DNA from: Candidatus Krumholzibacteriota bacterium
GTDB taxonomy: Bacteria; Krumholzibacteriota; Krumholzibacteriia; JAJRXK01
Reading direction: 5' to 3'
Assembly: GCA_963806035.1 (NCBI GenBank)
Contig: CAWDWO010000023.1
Coordinates: 60,521 to 124,520, forward strand
DNA: 64,000 nt
The translations under genes and the position numbers were made by a program. Of this stretch, positions 49,014 through 58,954 are shown one piece after another. Within the stretch, counting starts at the first letter, position 1; each line of letters starts with the position of its first letter. A model generated the notes under the pieces. It was given only the letters and a program-made list of their open reading frames with translations. It was not told the DNA's origin and did no database searches.

Positions 49014-51071
49014 TTAGAACGCGAATCCCAGACTGAAGTGCCAAATGTGTTGCGGGTCGATTTCGGTGGAGCCGTCCTCGCCGACCAGCTTGACCCGCTT
49101 CTGCGGTAGACCGTATTCGAGACGGAGTGGACCAACCGGCGTGTGGTACAAGAAACCGAATCCCACGCCGGTTCGAAAGTCGTAAATGGTCGTGGGACTA
49201 TCGCCTTCAGGATCGGAACTCAGGCGAAAGTCCTTCCACTTCACCTTGGACCAGTCCTCCCAGACGTTTCCTCCGTCGGCAAAGAGGATCAAGCCGAAGC
49301 CCCAGCGGGAGAGCAAAGGGAGGGGCAATCTCAGCTCCGCGTTGAGAACCAGGAGGGCATCTCCCCCAGCGGCCGGGTGATTCAGAAGGAAGCGATCATC
49401 CAGAACCAGCTCCTGGTCCTGTTGGGTGAGCCTGGGGCCCAGACTGTTTTCGCGGTAGCCACGGACGCTGCGCTGGCCCCCGGCGAAGAAGCGGTTTTCC
49501 AAGGGTACACCGAGCACCCCTTTTCCCGCGCTCTTGTCCCAGGGAGTGGCCCATCCGGCCTGCATGCGCAGGGCGAGAACACTTCCATCCTCGTGTCCGA
49601 TGAACCCGGCCCAGGTGGCGACCGCCTTGTGGAAGGAATTGCTGCCGGCGAAGACCGGCCCTCCGGCCGTCTGCCACAGAATCTGCCGCAGACTCCCGTC
49701 AGTCGGCTCGAACAGGCTATTGCGGGTGTCCCGGGTCCACAGCAAGAGCGCCGAGTTCGTGGTGGAGGTCCCGGTTTGAATCTGCGAGGGAATTCCCTCC
49801 GATGCGCCCAGGTCCTTCACCTGCGAAAGCTGCACCTTGCGCACGCGCTCGTGCGAGAGCTCCAATTCGAGACTGCGCGCCCGGTAGCGCCAGAGTGTCG
49901 TGCTCCCCAGCAGACCGAGCTTTTCCACGGCCACGCCCGAAGAACCGCGGCTCTCTCGATCGAAGAAGCCGCTGAGCGTCATGGTGTAGCGGCTTCCGAA
50001 GAGCCGCCGGTGGATGTAGTTGAGCTCTTCCCGATGGTCGAAAACGATCCGCCGGTCGATGTCGAGAATATCCTCCAGCCCCCACAGCAGTCGGACTTTG
50101 GCGTTGAGACCCTTGCCGCTGCGGAAGACGTTGCGATCTCCCCAGGCAGCAGTGAGCCGCACCTGGTTGTTATCACCGGCGCCGACACCGACTTCGTAGT
50201 AACCGCTGCTCCTCTCCACCACGTGGAGCTTCAGCGCGCAGGTGGAGGCCAGAGTATCCAGATCGACCGGAGTGAAGCCTACGTCCCGAAACCAGCCGGT
50301 CTCCAGGAGGTCCGATTCGGTTCGCACGATCTTGTCCAGATCGAAGATGTCCCCCGGAGCAAAACGAAACTCACGGCGAATCAGCTCTCCTTTCACTTCC
50401 TGATTCCCCACCACGTCGATGCGCTCGATGTGATAGGCGGGTCCGGTATCGATGTGAAAGGTGAGCGCGACCTTGCCTGCATTCTCGTCCATGTCGAAGC
50501 GGATCTTGGTGCCGAGGTAACCGCGGGCCAGGTGCGCCGCGCGCAGCGCATAGACATCGCGACCGTAGGCGGACTTCAAGTAGGGCGCCGGGCTCCCTTC
50601 TGGATGCACCAAGCGCTCGTGCAACTTCTCTTCGTCCAGGGGAGAGTTTCCCGTGAAATGAATGGTCGAAATGAGAGTGCGCGGACCTTCCACGATGTCG
50701 ATCACGATCTTGTCGCCATGGCGCGAATCGCGGTCCACCGCGTTTCCGTCCACGGTCACGGAGTGAAATCCCTGCGAGCGATAGAAATTACGGATGGCGT
50801 CCACGCCGAGCAGGAGGAGGTCTTCCGTGTAGTGGGGCGAGCTGAGAAACATGTACCAGTGGGGTTCCCCGAAAGGCAGCAGATCCTTGAGCCGGCCGTC
50901 CTCGAAACTCTCGTTGCCCTCGATATTGATCGAGGCCACGAGCCTCTGCTCGAGACCGTAGTCGAGTTCGTCGTCAGCTCCGGCGATACCGGCCCCCACA
51001 CCCAACAGCAGGAGAGCGAGGATGAGCGAGAAAACGACCGTGCAAAAATGATTTCGACGCGAGGCGTCCAA
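49014..51071 (-). CDS. tamA: TamA/BamA-family outer membrane protein (about 3 POTRA + Omp85 barrel)
   Basis: Three POTRA starts (I.IEGN, I.FTGN, I.VVGN), RFFAGG..SVRGY, TPVGPLRLEYG, terminal FSLGFAF. Confidence 0.85.
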   Translation of the reverse strand: MDASRRNHFCTVVFSLILALLLLGVGAGIAGADDELDYGLEQRLVASINIEGNESFEDGRLKDLLPFGEPHWYMFLSSPHYTEDLLLLGVDAIRNFYRSQGFHSVTVDGNAVDRDSRHGDKIVIDIVEGPRTLISTIHFTGNSPLDEEKLHERLVHPEGSPAPYLKSAYGRDVYALRAAHLARGYLGTKIRFDMDENAGKVALTFHIDTGPAYHIERIDVVGNQEVKGELIRREFRFAPGDIFDLDKIVRTESDLLETGWFRDVGFTPVDLDTLASTCALKLHVVERSSGYYEVGVGAGDNNQVRLTAAWGDRNVFRSGKGLNAKVRLLWGLEDILDIDRRIVFDHREELNYIHRRLFGSRYTMTLSGFFDRESRGSSGVAVEKLGLLGSTTLWRYRARSLELELSHERVRKVQLSQVKDLGASEGIPSQIQTGTSTTNSALLLWTRDTRNSLFEPTDGSLRQILWQTAGGPVFAGSNSFHKAVATWAGFIGHEDGSVLALRMQAGWATPWDKSAGKGVLGVPLENRFFAGGQRSVRGYRENSLGPRLTQQDQELVLDDRFLLNHPAAGGDALLVLNAELRLPLPLLSRWGFGLILFADGGNVWEDWSKVKWKDFRLSSDPEGDSPTTIYDFRTGVGFGFLYHTPVGPLRLEYGLPQKRVKLVGEDGSTEIDPQHIWHFSLGFAF

Positions 51072-51171
51072 GACCTTCTATTGCTCCTGGGAACCCGAGG
51101 CCCGTGCTGCGGCTAGCTTCTAGCCAAAGTCCTTCCGCTGTTATAGGTTCCAACTGCAGATGAGGACAACC

Positions 51172-51579
51172 ATGAAAGTTCCGCCGTCATACCGGTTTCG
51201 ATTCGCTCTTCTGGCGTGGGCCCTCATCCTGGGTCTTTCGGCGTGCGCCGAGAAGCGGCAAAAAGAGCTCGACCCCGAAGACCGGCCCCTGCTGGAGCAA
51301 CTGCTGCGGCTCTCTGAAATTCGCATTCTCGCCGAACAGTACCCGGACAGCGCCCAGGCCCAACTCGACAGCTTCCTGGCCCATAGCGACACCACCGGCC
51401 TCAGCCAGCGGGTCCATGAACTCTGGAATGAGCCGAGTAGGGGTCAGTTCCTCTTCGAAGCCCTGCAAGATAGCCTTCGCGCCCCGCTGAAGTCGATCCG
51501 CACTTCCCGCGACGAGCGCCCCCCCACGACGCCCAACCCCGAGACAGCCACCCCGAGGACGGCCAAACCGAAACCCTGA
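51172..51579 (+). CDS. Small hypothetical lipoprotein
   Basis: GAGGA Shine-Dalgarno, signal ending LSAC, helical body, P/T-rich tail; fills the gap between rseP and tamA. Confidence 0.6.
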   Translation: MKVPPSYRFRFALLAWALILGLSACAEKRQKELDPEDRPLLEQLLRLSEIRILAEQYPDSAQAQLDSFLAHSDTTGLSQRVHELWNEPSRGQFLFEALQDSLRAPLKSIRTSRDERPPTTPNPETATPRTAKPKP

Positions 51580-51601
51580 GGATTGCGAGCTCGTCCGGGC
51601 T

Positions 51602-52966
51602 TCAGCTGGCCACTTTGATGACGTCCATGGTGATGACGTAGGCCATGAGCAGGAGGAGCAGGACGAAACCCACCTGGGTGGCCACGGCCTGAATGCGCTC
51701 ATCCGCTCGCCGGCGGGTGATCAACTCGTAGGTGATGAACGCGGCGTGACCCCCATCCAGAACGGGGATCGGCAGCAGGTTCAAGAGGAAGAGATTGACG
51801 CTGAAGAGGGCCAGGAATCCCAGGAGGTAGTCGAAACCCCACTCCACCATCTGGCCGGCGAACTGCGCGATGCGCACCGGTCCGCTCACCGCGTCGCGGG
51901 AGGCACCGCCGGTCACCAGCACTCCGAGGAAGGTGGCGGTCTGATCCACGGTTCTCCAGGTGGCCTGAGCTCCCAGCTTGGAAGCTTCCACGAAACTCAC
52001 CGCACGGCGCTCGCGGTAGGGTTCGTAGTAGATGCGTCCCACGGTCTCGACGTTCTTGTAATCGACCGGCACCTCGGCCGCCTCCGGCACCACCGTTGCG
52101 TGATAGGGCTTCCCGTCCCGGGTCCAGGCGATCTCCAGCGGCACGCCGATGCTTTCATTCACTTTCTTGGCGATTTGATCGTAGTCCTTCATCGGCTCGC
52201 CGTTGATGCTCACGATCAGGTCGCCTCGACGCAGCCCCGCGCGCCACGCCGCTCCATCCTTCTTCACCGTGCCCACGCGCGTGTCGTGGCGGTAGTCCAT
52301 TCCGATGCGCCAGCGCCCGCTCGCCTCATCCTTGACCGGAACGAGTTCAGCCGTCTTGGTTTCGCCCTGACGCTCGTAGCTGATCTTCAAGGGAAGGCGG
52401 TCGGCCTGAGTCTCTTGCACGATCTCGTCCAGCACGCCGTCCCAGGTCTTCACTGCGTGACCCGCCACACTCAGGATCTCATCGCCCTTCTGCAGGCCGG
52501 CCTTGGCCGCGGGACCGTCCGCGACCACTTTGCCCACTTCGGTGACCGGAATCACCGGAACCCCTTCCACCCACACGAGGCCCACCGTCACCACCAAAGC
52601 GAGAAGCAGGTTGGCCACGGGACCCGCGACCACGATCGCCAGCCGCTGCCAGGGAGACTTGCTGGAGAAGTACTGCTCGGGCGGAATCACCGCGCCCTCA
52701 CTGTCGACCTCACCCCCCGTCCCGGCGTCCTGGATCTCCTCCATCGCACCCTCGCCGGCCATCTTGACGTAACCGCCAAAGGGCACCGCGGACAGGGCGT
52801 ACTCGGTTCCGCGCCAGCGCTTGCGAAGGAGCTTGGGACCAAAACCCACGGAGAAGGTCTTCACGTAGACCCCGACCGACTTGGCCACGAGGAAGTGTCC
52901 GCCCTCGTGGATCACGACGACCACTCCGAGAACGAAAACGAAAGCCAGGATCTGCTCGAGATTCAT
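51602..52966 (-). CDS. rseP: RIP metalloprotease RseP
   Basis: HEGGH, GGYVKM, AGP.AN, two PDZ domains, NLLPIPVLDGG. Confidence 0.95.
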   Translation of the reverse strand: MNLEQILAFVFVLGVVVVIHEGGHFLVAKSVGVYVKTFSVGFGPKLLRKRWRGTEYALSAVPFGGYVKMAGEGAMEEIQDAGTGGEVDSEGAVIPPEQYFSSKSPWQRLAIVVAGPVANLLLALVVTVGLVWVEGVPVIPVTEVGKVVADGPAAKAGLQKGDEILSVAGHAVKTWDGVLDEIVQETQADRLPLKISYERQGETKTAELVPVKDEASGRWRIGMDYRHDTRVGTVKKDGAAWRAGLRRGDLIVSINGEPMKDYDQIAKKVNESIGVPLEIAWTRDGKPYHATVVPEAAEVPVDYKNVETVGRIYYEPYRERRAVSFVEASKLGAQATWRTVDQTATFLGVLVTGGASRDAVSGPVRIAQFAGQMVEWGFDYLLGFLALFSVNLFLLNLLPIPVLDGGHAAFITYELITRRRADERIQAVATQVGFVLLLLLMAYVITMDVIKVAS

Positions 52967-53017
52967 GCCACCACCGTGTGCTGTACCTTTCCGGCCGGTC
53001 CGCGCGGGCTCGGGCCG

Positions 53018-54187
53018 TCAGGCTGTGATCCAGGAACGCACCAGGCGGCGCGTCGCGGTGTCTCTTTCCAAAGCTTCGGGTACCGAGCCCGCGGCGGGGC
53101 CGCTCAGGCTCTCTAGCGCCCGCTCGATGAGAGGAGCAATCTCCACAAAGGATAGCTCCCCCCGCAAGAGTCCTGCCACTGCCTCCTCGTTGGCGGCGTT
53201 GAGGACCAGGGGGGCGCAGCCGCCGGCCTCCGCCGCCGCGCGGGCCAGCCCGAGACAGGGATAGCGGCGCGCATCCGGCGCCTCGAAATCCAAACTTCCC
53301 ATGCTCAAGGGATCCAGGGCAGGAAAGTCGCTGGCCCAGTGCTCGCCCCCGCTGAGGGCATACAGGATGGGAAGCCGCATGTCCGGGGTTCCCAGCTGGG
53401 CCAAAAAAGCGCCATCGCGCAACTCGATCATACTGTGGACGATCGACTGGCGGTGCAGGACGACCTGAACGTCTCGTAAAGGTAGACCAAAGAGCAACTT
53501 AGCCTCGATCACTTCGAGGCCTTTGTTCATCATGGTGGCGCTGTCGACAGTGATCTTGGGACCCATGTCCCAGTTGGGATGATCGAGGACTTGCTCCAGG
53601 CTCACATCCTTGAGCTCCTCGGGCGGGGTGTCCCGGAACGGACCGCCGGAGGCGGTGAGCCAGATCCGCCGCAGCTCGGAGGGACCAGCGGCGCGCAGGC
53701 ACTGTGCGATGGCCGAATGTTCGCTGTCCACCGGCCAGAGGGTCGCCTTCCCGCGCCGGGCCGCATCCAGGACGAGTTCTCCCCCCACCACGAGGGCTTC
53801 CTTGTTGGCCAGCGCCACGTCCAGCCCGCGGCGGAGAGCTTCCACCGTGGGCTGCAGGCCCGCTGCTCCCACCAGTCCGTTCACCACGAGGGCATCGGGA
53901 GGGGCTTCGGCGAGAAGCTCGAGGATGCCCGCACCGCCCGCCGCGGCCAGACCTTTCCGCAGATCGGGATTCGCTTGGCTGAAGGCCTCGCGCGCCTTCT
54001 CGTCAGCCAGCGCAAAATGCTGCAAGTTCCGGGTGCGAATGATCGCAGCCAGTTCCTCCCCGCGCGTGTTGGCCGAAGCAGCGACCACCCTGAAGCGCTC
54101 GGGGTAGCGCGGCAGGAGATCCAGGGTGCTCTGACCGATCGAACCGGTCGCACCTAAGAGGACGAGGGGTCGAGGGTGAGTGGCCAT
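53018..54187 (-). CDS. dxr: 1-deoxy-D-xylulose-5-phosphate reductoisomerase
   Basis: LGATGSIG, LANKE, PVDSEH, TASGGPF, HPNW.MG.KIT.DSA.MMNKGLE. Confidence 0.97.
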   Translation of the reverse strand: MATHPRPLVLLGATGSIGQSTLDLLPRYPERFRVVAASANTRGEELAAIIRTRNLQHFALADEKAREAFSQANPDLRKGLAAAGGAGILELLAEAPPDALVVNGLVGAAGLQPTVEALRRGLDVALANKEALVVGGELVLDAARRGKATLWPVDSEHSAIAQCLRAAGPSELRRIWLTASGGPFRDTPPEELKDVSLEQVLDHPNWDMGPKITVDSATMMNKGLEVIEAKLLFGLPLRDVQVVLHRQSIVHSMIELRDGAFLAQLGTPDMRLPILYALSGGEHWASDFPALDPLSMGSLDFEAPDARRYPCLGLARAAAEAGGCAPLVLNAANEEAVAGLLRGELSFVEIAPLIERALESLSGPAAGSVPEALERDTATRRLVRSWITA

Positions 54188-54191
54188 GGCT

Positions 54192-55058
54192 TCAGATCAC
54201 GAAGAACTTCAAGAAGTAGTAGATCAGGGGTACCGAAAACAGAAGACTGTCGAAGCGGTCCAGCGTGCCGCCGTGTCCGGGAATGAGCGCCGCGGAGTCC
54301 TTCACGTGGGAGTCGCGCTTCATGAGCGACTCGACGAGGTCTCCGGTGACCCCGGCGATGGCGGCCACCACGGCCAGACTCAACGCGGCCGGAAGATCAA
54401 GATAGGGCGCGAAGGTGAAGTGCGCGACCGCGCCGGCCAGCATGCTGAAGAACACTCCGCCGGCCGCTCCTTCCCAGGTCTTCTTGGGGCTCACCCGCGG
54501 CAGAAGCGGATGCCGTCCGATCGAACGACCCACGAAGTAGGCGCCGCTGTCGCACGACCAGGTCAGAAGGACTGCGAGGAACACGAAACTCGCGCCCAAG
54601 TGGTAGTCGAGTCCCCCCAAGAGCGGCAACTCGCGCAGGAGTACGAAGTGGCTGCCGAGCCAGCCCACGTAGAGGACCCCGAAGATGGTCGAGGAGATGT
54701 GCAGGACGGCCTGCTCCACGCTGCGACGGGCCAGGGCGACGGTCATCAGGACCAAGAGCGCCACTGAGAGCAGGAAGTTCAGGTATACCCCGCCGCGGAA
54801 GTAGGCGTACCAGGTCAGCGCCAGGCCGCAAAAGACACCGATCTTGCGCGCGGGATGAAATCCCTTGGTCTCCAGCAGTCCATAGAATTCCCACAGCCCG
54901 GTGAACACCACCACGTCCACCAAGAAGAGAAACTGCAGATCGCCGTGGAGGGTGATGACGAAGGCACAGGGGAGAAAGAGGGCCGCCGCCAATACGCGGA
55001 GCGCGAGTTCGGAGCGGTCCTTGGCCCCCGGGTTCACGCGTGTCTCAGACTGCGCCAA
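54192..55058 (-). CDS. cdsA: Phosphatidate cytidylyltransferase
   Basis: DSGAYF.G, SPKKTWEG, GDL.ES..KR...VKDS...IPGHGG.LDRFDS; start codon uncertain (55058 or 55037). Confidence 0.93.
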   Translation of the reverse strand: MAQSETRVNPGAKDRSELALRVLAAALFLPCAFVITLHGDLQFLFLVDVVVFTGLWEFYGLLETKGFHPARKIGVFCGLALTWYAYFRGGVYLNFLLSVALLVLMTVALARRSVEQAVLHISSTIFGVLYVGWLGSHFVLLRELPLLGGLDYHLGASFVFLAVLLTWSCDSGAYFVGRSIGRHPLLPRVSPKKTWEGAAGGVFFSMLAGAVAHFTFAPYLDLPAALSLAVVAAIAGVTGDLVESLMKRDSHVKDSAALIPGHGGTLDRFDSLLFSVPLIYYFLKFFVI

Positions 55059-55794
55059 AACGCCGGTCCCGCCTCTGGTACGCCGCGATCGCTGCCATGA
55101 GTTCATCGCGACCAAAGTCGGGCCAGAGGGTGTCGGTGACATAGAGTTCGGCGTACGCGAGTTGCCACAGCAAGAAGTTACTCAACCGCATCTCGCCGCT
55201 GGTACGAATCAACAGATCGGGGTCGGGCAGCTCGGGGGCGTAGAGATACTGGCCGAAGAGTTTTTCGTCCAGCTCCTCGGGGCGGCACTTGCCTTCCGCC
55301 ACATCGCGCGCGAAGCCGCGCGCCGCTTCCACGATCTCGCTGCGCGAACCGTAGCTCACCGCCAGATTGAGGATCATGCCCGTGTTTTCTCGTAGATCGA
55401 GCTGGGCCCGCTCCAGAGCGCGGCGCGCCGGCTCGGGAATGGGCCGAAGGTCTCCGGTGGCGATGAGGCGGATGTTGTTCTCGGCGAGCTCGAGGAACTC
55501 GCTACGCAGCACCTCCTCCAGGAAGGACCAGAGCGCCTTCACCTCGTAGCTGGGCCGCTTCCAGTTCTCCACCGAGAAGGTGTAGAGGGTGAGGGCCTCG
55601 ATTCCCAGCTCCGCGCAGCTGCGCGTGACCTCGCGCACCGCGTGGCGGCCGGCCCGATGGCCCGCGATCCGCGGCATGGCGCGTTTACGGGCCCAGCGGC
55701 CGTTGCCATCCATGATCACGGCCACGTGCCGGGGCAGCTTGCTCCGGTCGATGGTCGCGGGAGTCTTGGAGCTCGATTGTAGTCTCGTGGCCAT
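55045..55794 (-). CDS. uppS: Undecaprenyl diphosphate synthase
   Basis: HVAVIMDGNGRWA, FS.ENWKR, DLLIRTSGE.RLSNFLLWQ, RRFG. Confidence 0.97.
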   Translation of the reverse strand: MATRLQSSSKTPATIDRSKLPRHVAVIMDGNGRWARKRAMPRIAGHRAGRHAVREVTRSCAELGIEALTLYTFSVENWKRPSYEVKALWSFLEEVLRSEFLELAENNIRLIATGDLRPIPEPARRALERAQLDLRENTGMILNLAVSYGSRSEIVEAARGFARDVAEGKCRPEELDEKLFGQYLYAPELPDPDLLIRTSGEMRLSNFLLWQLAYAELYVTDTLWPDFGRDELMAAIAAYQRRDRRFGAV

Positions 55795-55950
55795 CAGCGA
55801 ATCGCCCTCTCTCGGCCCAACTATAGCGGAGATTGGCGCTTAGCGCACCGGAAAGCAATAGGGGAAGTCACGGGGCGGCCAGGGGATGCAGCAGGAGACC
55901 CCTGGATACTCGATGCGCTTCTCCCCTACTCTCGGGGCACTGAGACGCTC

Positions 55951-55988
55951 TTGTCCCGGCGCCTTTCTGCGCGTAGAGTCCTGCGATG
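55951..55988 (+). promoter_or_regulatory. Sigma70-like promoter TTGTCC-N17-TAGAGT six nt before the kinase ATG (leaderless candidate)
   Basis: -35 at 55951-55956, -10 at 55974-55979, ATG at 55986, no Shine-Dalgarno. Confidence 0.5.
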
Positions 55989-58654
55989 CAGGAAAAACTG
56001 TCCCACTACGAAATCAAGGAGCGCATCGGGGCCGGCGGCATGGGTGAAGTCTACCGTGCCCACGACACCAAGCTGGGCCGCGAGATCGCGCTCAAGCTCC
56101 TGCCTGAGAGCCTGGCCTCGGACCTCGAGCGCCGCGCTCGCTTCGAGCGCGAGGCGCGCGCCATCGCCGCTCTCAACCATCCCAACATCGTCACCGTGCA
56201 TTCGATCGAGGAAGACGGGGGCAGGCACTTCCTCACCATGGAGCTGGTGGAAGGCAAGACCCTGAGTTCCTTGATCCCACCCGGCGGGATGAGCCTGCGG
56301 CAGTTCTTCGAGATCGCCATTCCCTTCAGCGACGCTCTGGCCGCGGCCCATGCGCAGGGGATTCTCCACCGCGACCTCAAGCCCGACAACCTCATGGTCA
56401 ATCACGAGGGACGAGTCAAAGTGCTCGACTTCGGCCTGGCCAAGTTGCGCGAGGAAGCGGCCGACGTGGAGGCCACGGTCGTGGCGTCGAAAATGGTGAC
56501 CGGCGAGGGACGCGTGCTGGGAACCGCGGCCTACATGTCGCCCGAGCAGGCGGAGGGCAAGGAAGTCGACGCGCGCTCGGACATCTTCTCCTTGGGCGTC
56601 GTGCTCTACGAGATGGCCACCGGCCAGCGCCCCTTCAGCGGAGAGACCACCATCTCCACTCTCAGCTCCATCCTGCGCGACACTCCGCCCTTGGCCAGCG
56701 AAGTGAACCCGGCCCTTCCGCGCCATCTGAGCCGCGTCCTGAAACGATGTCTGGCCAAGGATCCCTCGCGGCGCTATCAGACCGCGCTGGACGTGCGCAA
56801 CGAGCTCGAAGAATTCCGCAGCGAGCTGGATTCAGGCGAACTCACCCTCGAGGCGAGCGCCTTGACGCAGCCTCCGCGGACGGCCACTCGAGATGGAAGT
56901 GGGCTGCGGGCAGCCTGCTCCTGCTGGTCCTGCTTCTGGCCGGCTTTCTCGTCGTTTCGCGCACGGAGAAGGGCATGGATACTGAGAGTGGCGCGGATCG
57001 TGGCGTCACCCTCACCCAGCTCACCGACATGTCGGGGATCGAATCGGCGCCGGCTCTGTCGGCGGACGGTCGTCAATTGCTCTACGTCAAAGATGGCGAG
57101 ATCTTCCTGCAGCGTGTGGGCGGTTCGAATCCGATCAATCTCACCCGCAATCCCGCGGATGATTTCGCGCCGGCCTGGTCACCCGATGGGCAACAGATCG
57201 CCTTCTGCTCGAGCCGGGACGGGGGCGGCATCTTCCTGATGGGGGCTACCGGAGAATCTCCACGGCGTCTCAGCGATTCCGGTTTCGACCCGGCGTGGTC
57301 CCCCGATGCTTCCAAGATCGCCTACACCATGGAACGCGTTGCGAATCCCTACGCACGCAACAGCATTTCCGCCCTGTGGGTGGTGGAAGTTGCCAGCGGT
57401 AAGCAAACGAAGCTCTACGACGGTGACGCGGTCTACGCCAGCTGGTCACCCGACGGCAAACACCTCGCCTTCTGGACGGCCGAGCAGGGGCAACGCGACA
57501 TTCAGGCCATCGCAGCTTCGGGAGGAACACCGGTCTTCGTCACCCGTGACCTCGCCACCGACTGGTCCCCGGTGTGGGACCCTTTGGGAGGGGGCATCTA
57601 CTTCATCAGCGACCGCGACGGTTATCCCAACCTCTTCCGAATCGAAGTCGATCCCCACAGTGCAGAGCCCAAGGGTAAGCCGCGAGCGGTGACCACGGGG
57701 ACTTCGTTTCTCGGCAAGCTCTCGATTTCCGCCGGAGGCGACCGCATCGCCTACTCCTCGTTCACGGGCAACGGCCGGCTCGAGCTCAGCTCCATCGATC
57801 CCGCCACGCGAAGCCTCACCCCTCGCACGGACTTCTTCCACGTTTCAAATCCCTTGTCGCAGCTGGCTCTCTCCCGCGACGGCAAATTCCTCGCTTACAG
57901 CTCGAGTTTGCCCCAGGAAGATCTCTATACGGTGCGGCTCGACGGCAGCGCCCGGCGGCAGCTCACCAACGACATCGCTCGCGACCGAGGAGCCAATTGG
58001 TCCCCGGGTGACGAGTGGATCAGTTTCTACTCGAATCGCGGCGGTACCTACCAGCTGTGGTCGATCCATCCCGATGGCACGCAGCTGCGCCAGCTCTCCG
58101 CGATTCCCAACGCCCAGATGGACGGAGCCCACTGGTCTCCGGATGGCAAGCAGGTGTTGAGTTGGCTGTTCGGAACCGGGAATGACCTTCCGGTGCTTCT
58201 GGACGCCGAAGACTCCCAAAGCTGGCCGATCAAAACTCTCGAAAGGGTCCCGACTCCCGGGCCCGGCGAGGTGGCCTGGCCAGAGGCATGGTCGCCCGAC
58301 GGCAAGCGTATCCTCGCCATCGTGGGCAAGCCCGAAGCCGACGACCTCTATCTGGGACTGTGCAACTTGGCGACGGGCCAGTACGAGATACTGCGCCGTG
58401 AGGATGGTAGCCGATTCCGCATCGCCCTGAGCGGCAAGGCGAAATTCAGTTGGATGTCTGGCGGCTTGGGAATCCTCTTCTTCGACGATGGCCACCGGCA
58501 GCTCGTGCTCTATGACCCGGATACCAAGAAAACCACCGTTCTGCTCGAGAACGATCCCAGCTTCTTCACCGCCACCGCTTCGCCTGACGGGCGCGTAGTG
58601 GTGATCGAGCACTACGATCAGACGAGTGACGTGTGGATGGTGACGCTGAAGTAA
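55986..58654 (+). CDS. Hanks-type Ser/Thr kinase with TM helix and TolB-like (PD40) beta-propellers; frameshift near 56880
   Basis: GAGGMGEVY, ALK, HRDLKPDN, DFG, YMSPEQ in ORF 55986; TM helix and WSPDG repeats in ORF 56747. One added base around 56882 fuses them. Confidence 0.85.
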
Positions 58655-58954
58655 AGCCGGCCCTCTACACCGAGGCTGGAAGTCGACGCCAGGTGTGTCC
58701 CAAACCGAAGCTGAATCGGGGCGTCCATCGGTCGATGTAGAGGGGGTCGCGGCCGGAGAGATAGCCTACGCCGCCCGATAGCATGAAGGTGAAACCACCC
58801 AGCCCGGCGTGCTGCGAACGGTAAGACGAGCATGATCAGGATGAGCCAGAGCATTTCGCTCCCTGCGCCGCGATACCTCACGACAACCACACCTCGCATT
58901 GCCAGTATTCCGGGAGCCATTCACCTGGGAGCTACGGAACCTGTCGGCAGTCGT

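Noticed and set aside
45407..51116. Long opposite-strand ORFs (e.g. 45407-47371, 49143-51116; also 22650-24149, 30598-32013, 5590-6948)
   Set aside because: Antisense shadows of well-supported genes, expected from high-GC codon bias; no recognisable motifs.
58618..58854. Short minus-strand ORF MLWLILIMLVLPFAARR... with GGGAG upstream
   Set aside because: Signal-like start but no recognisable domain, and it overlaps the kinase 3' end; may be a gene remnant, but support is too weak to call.
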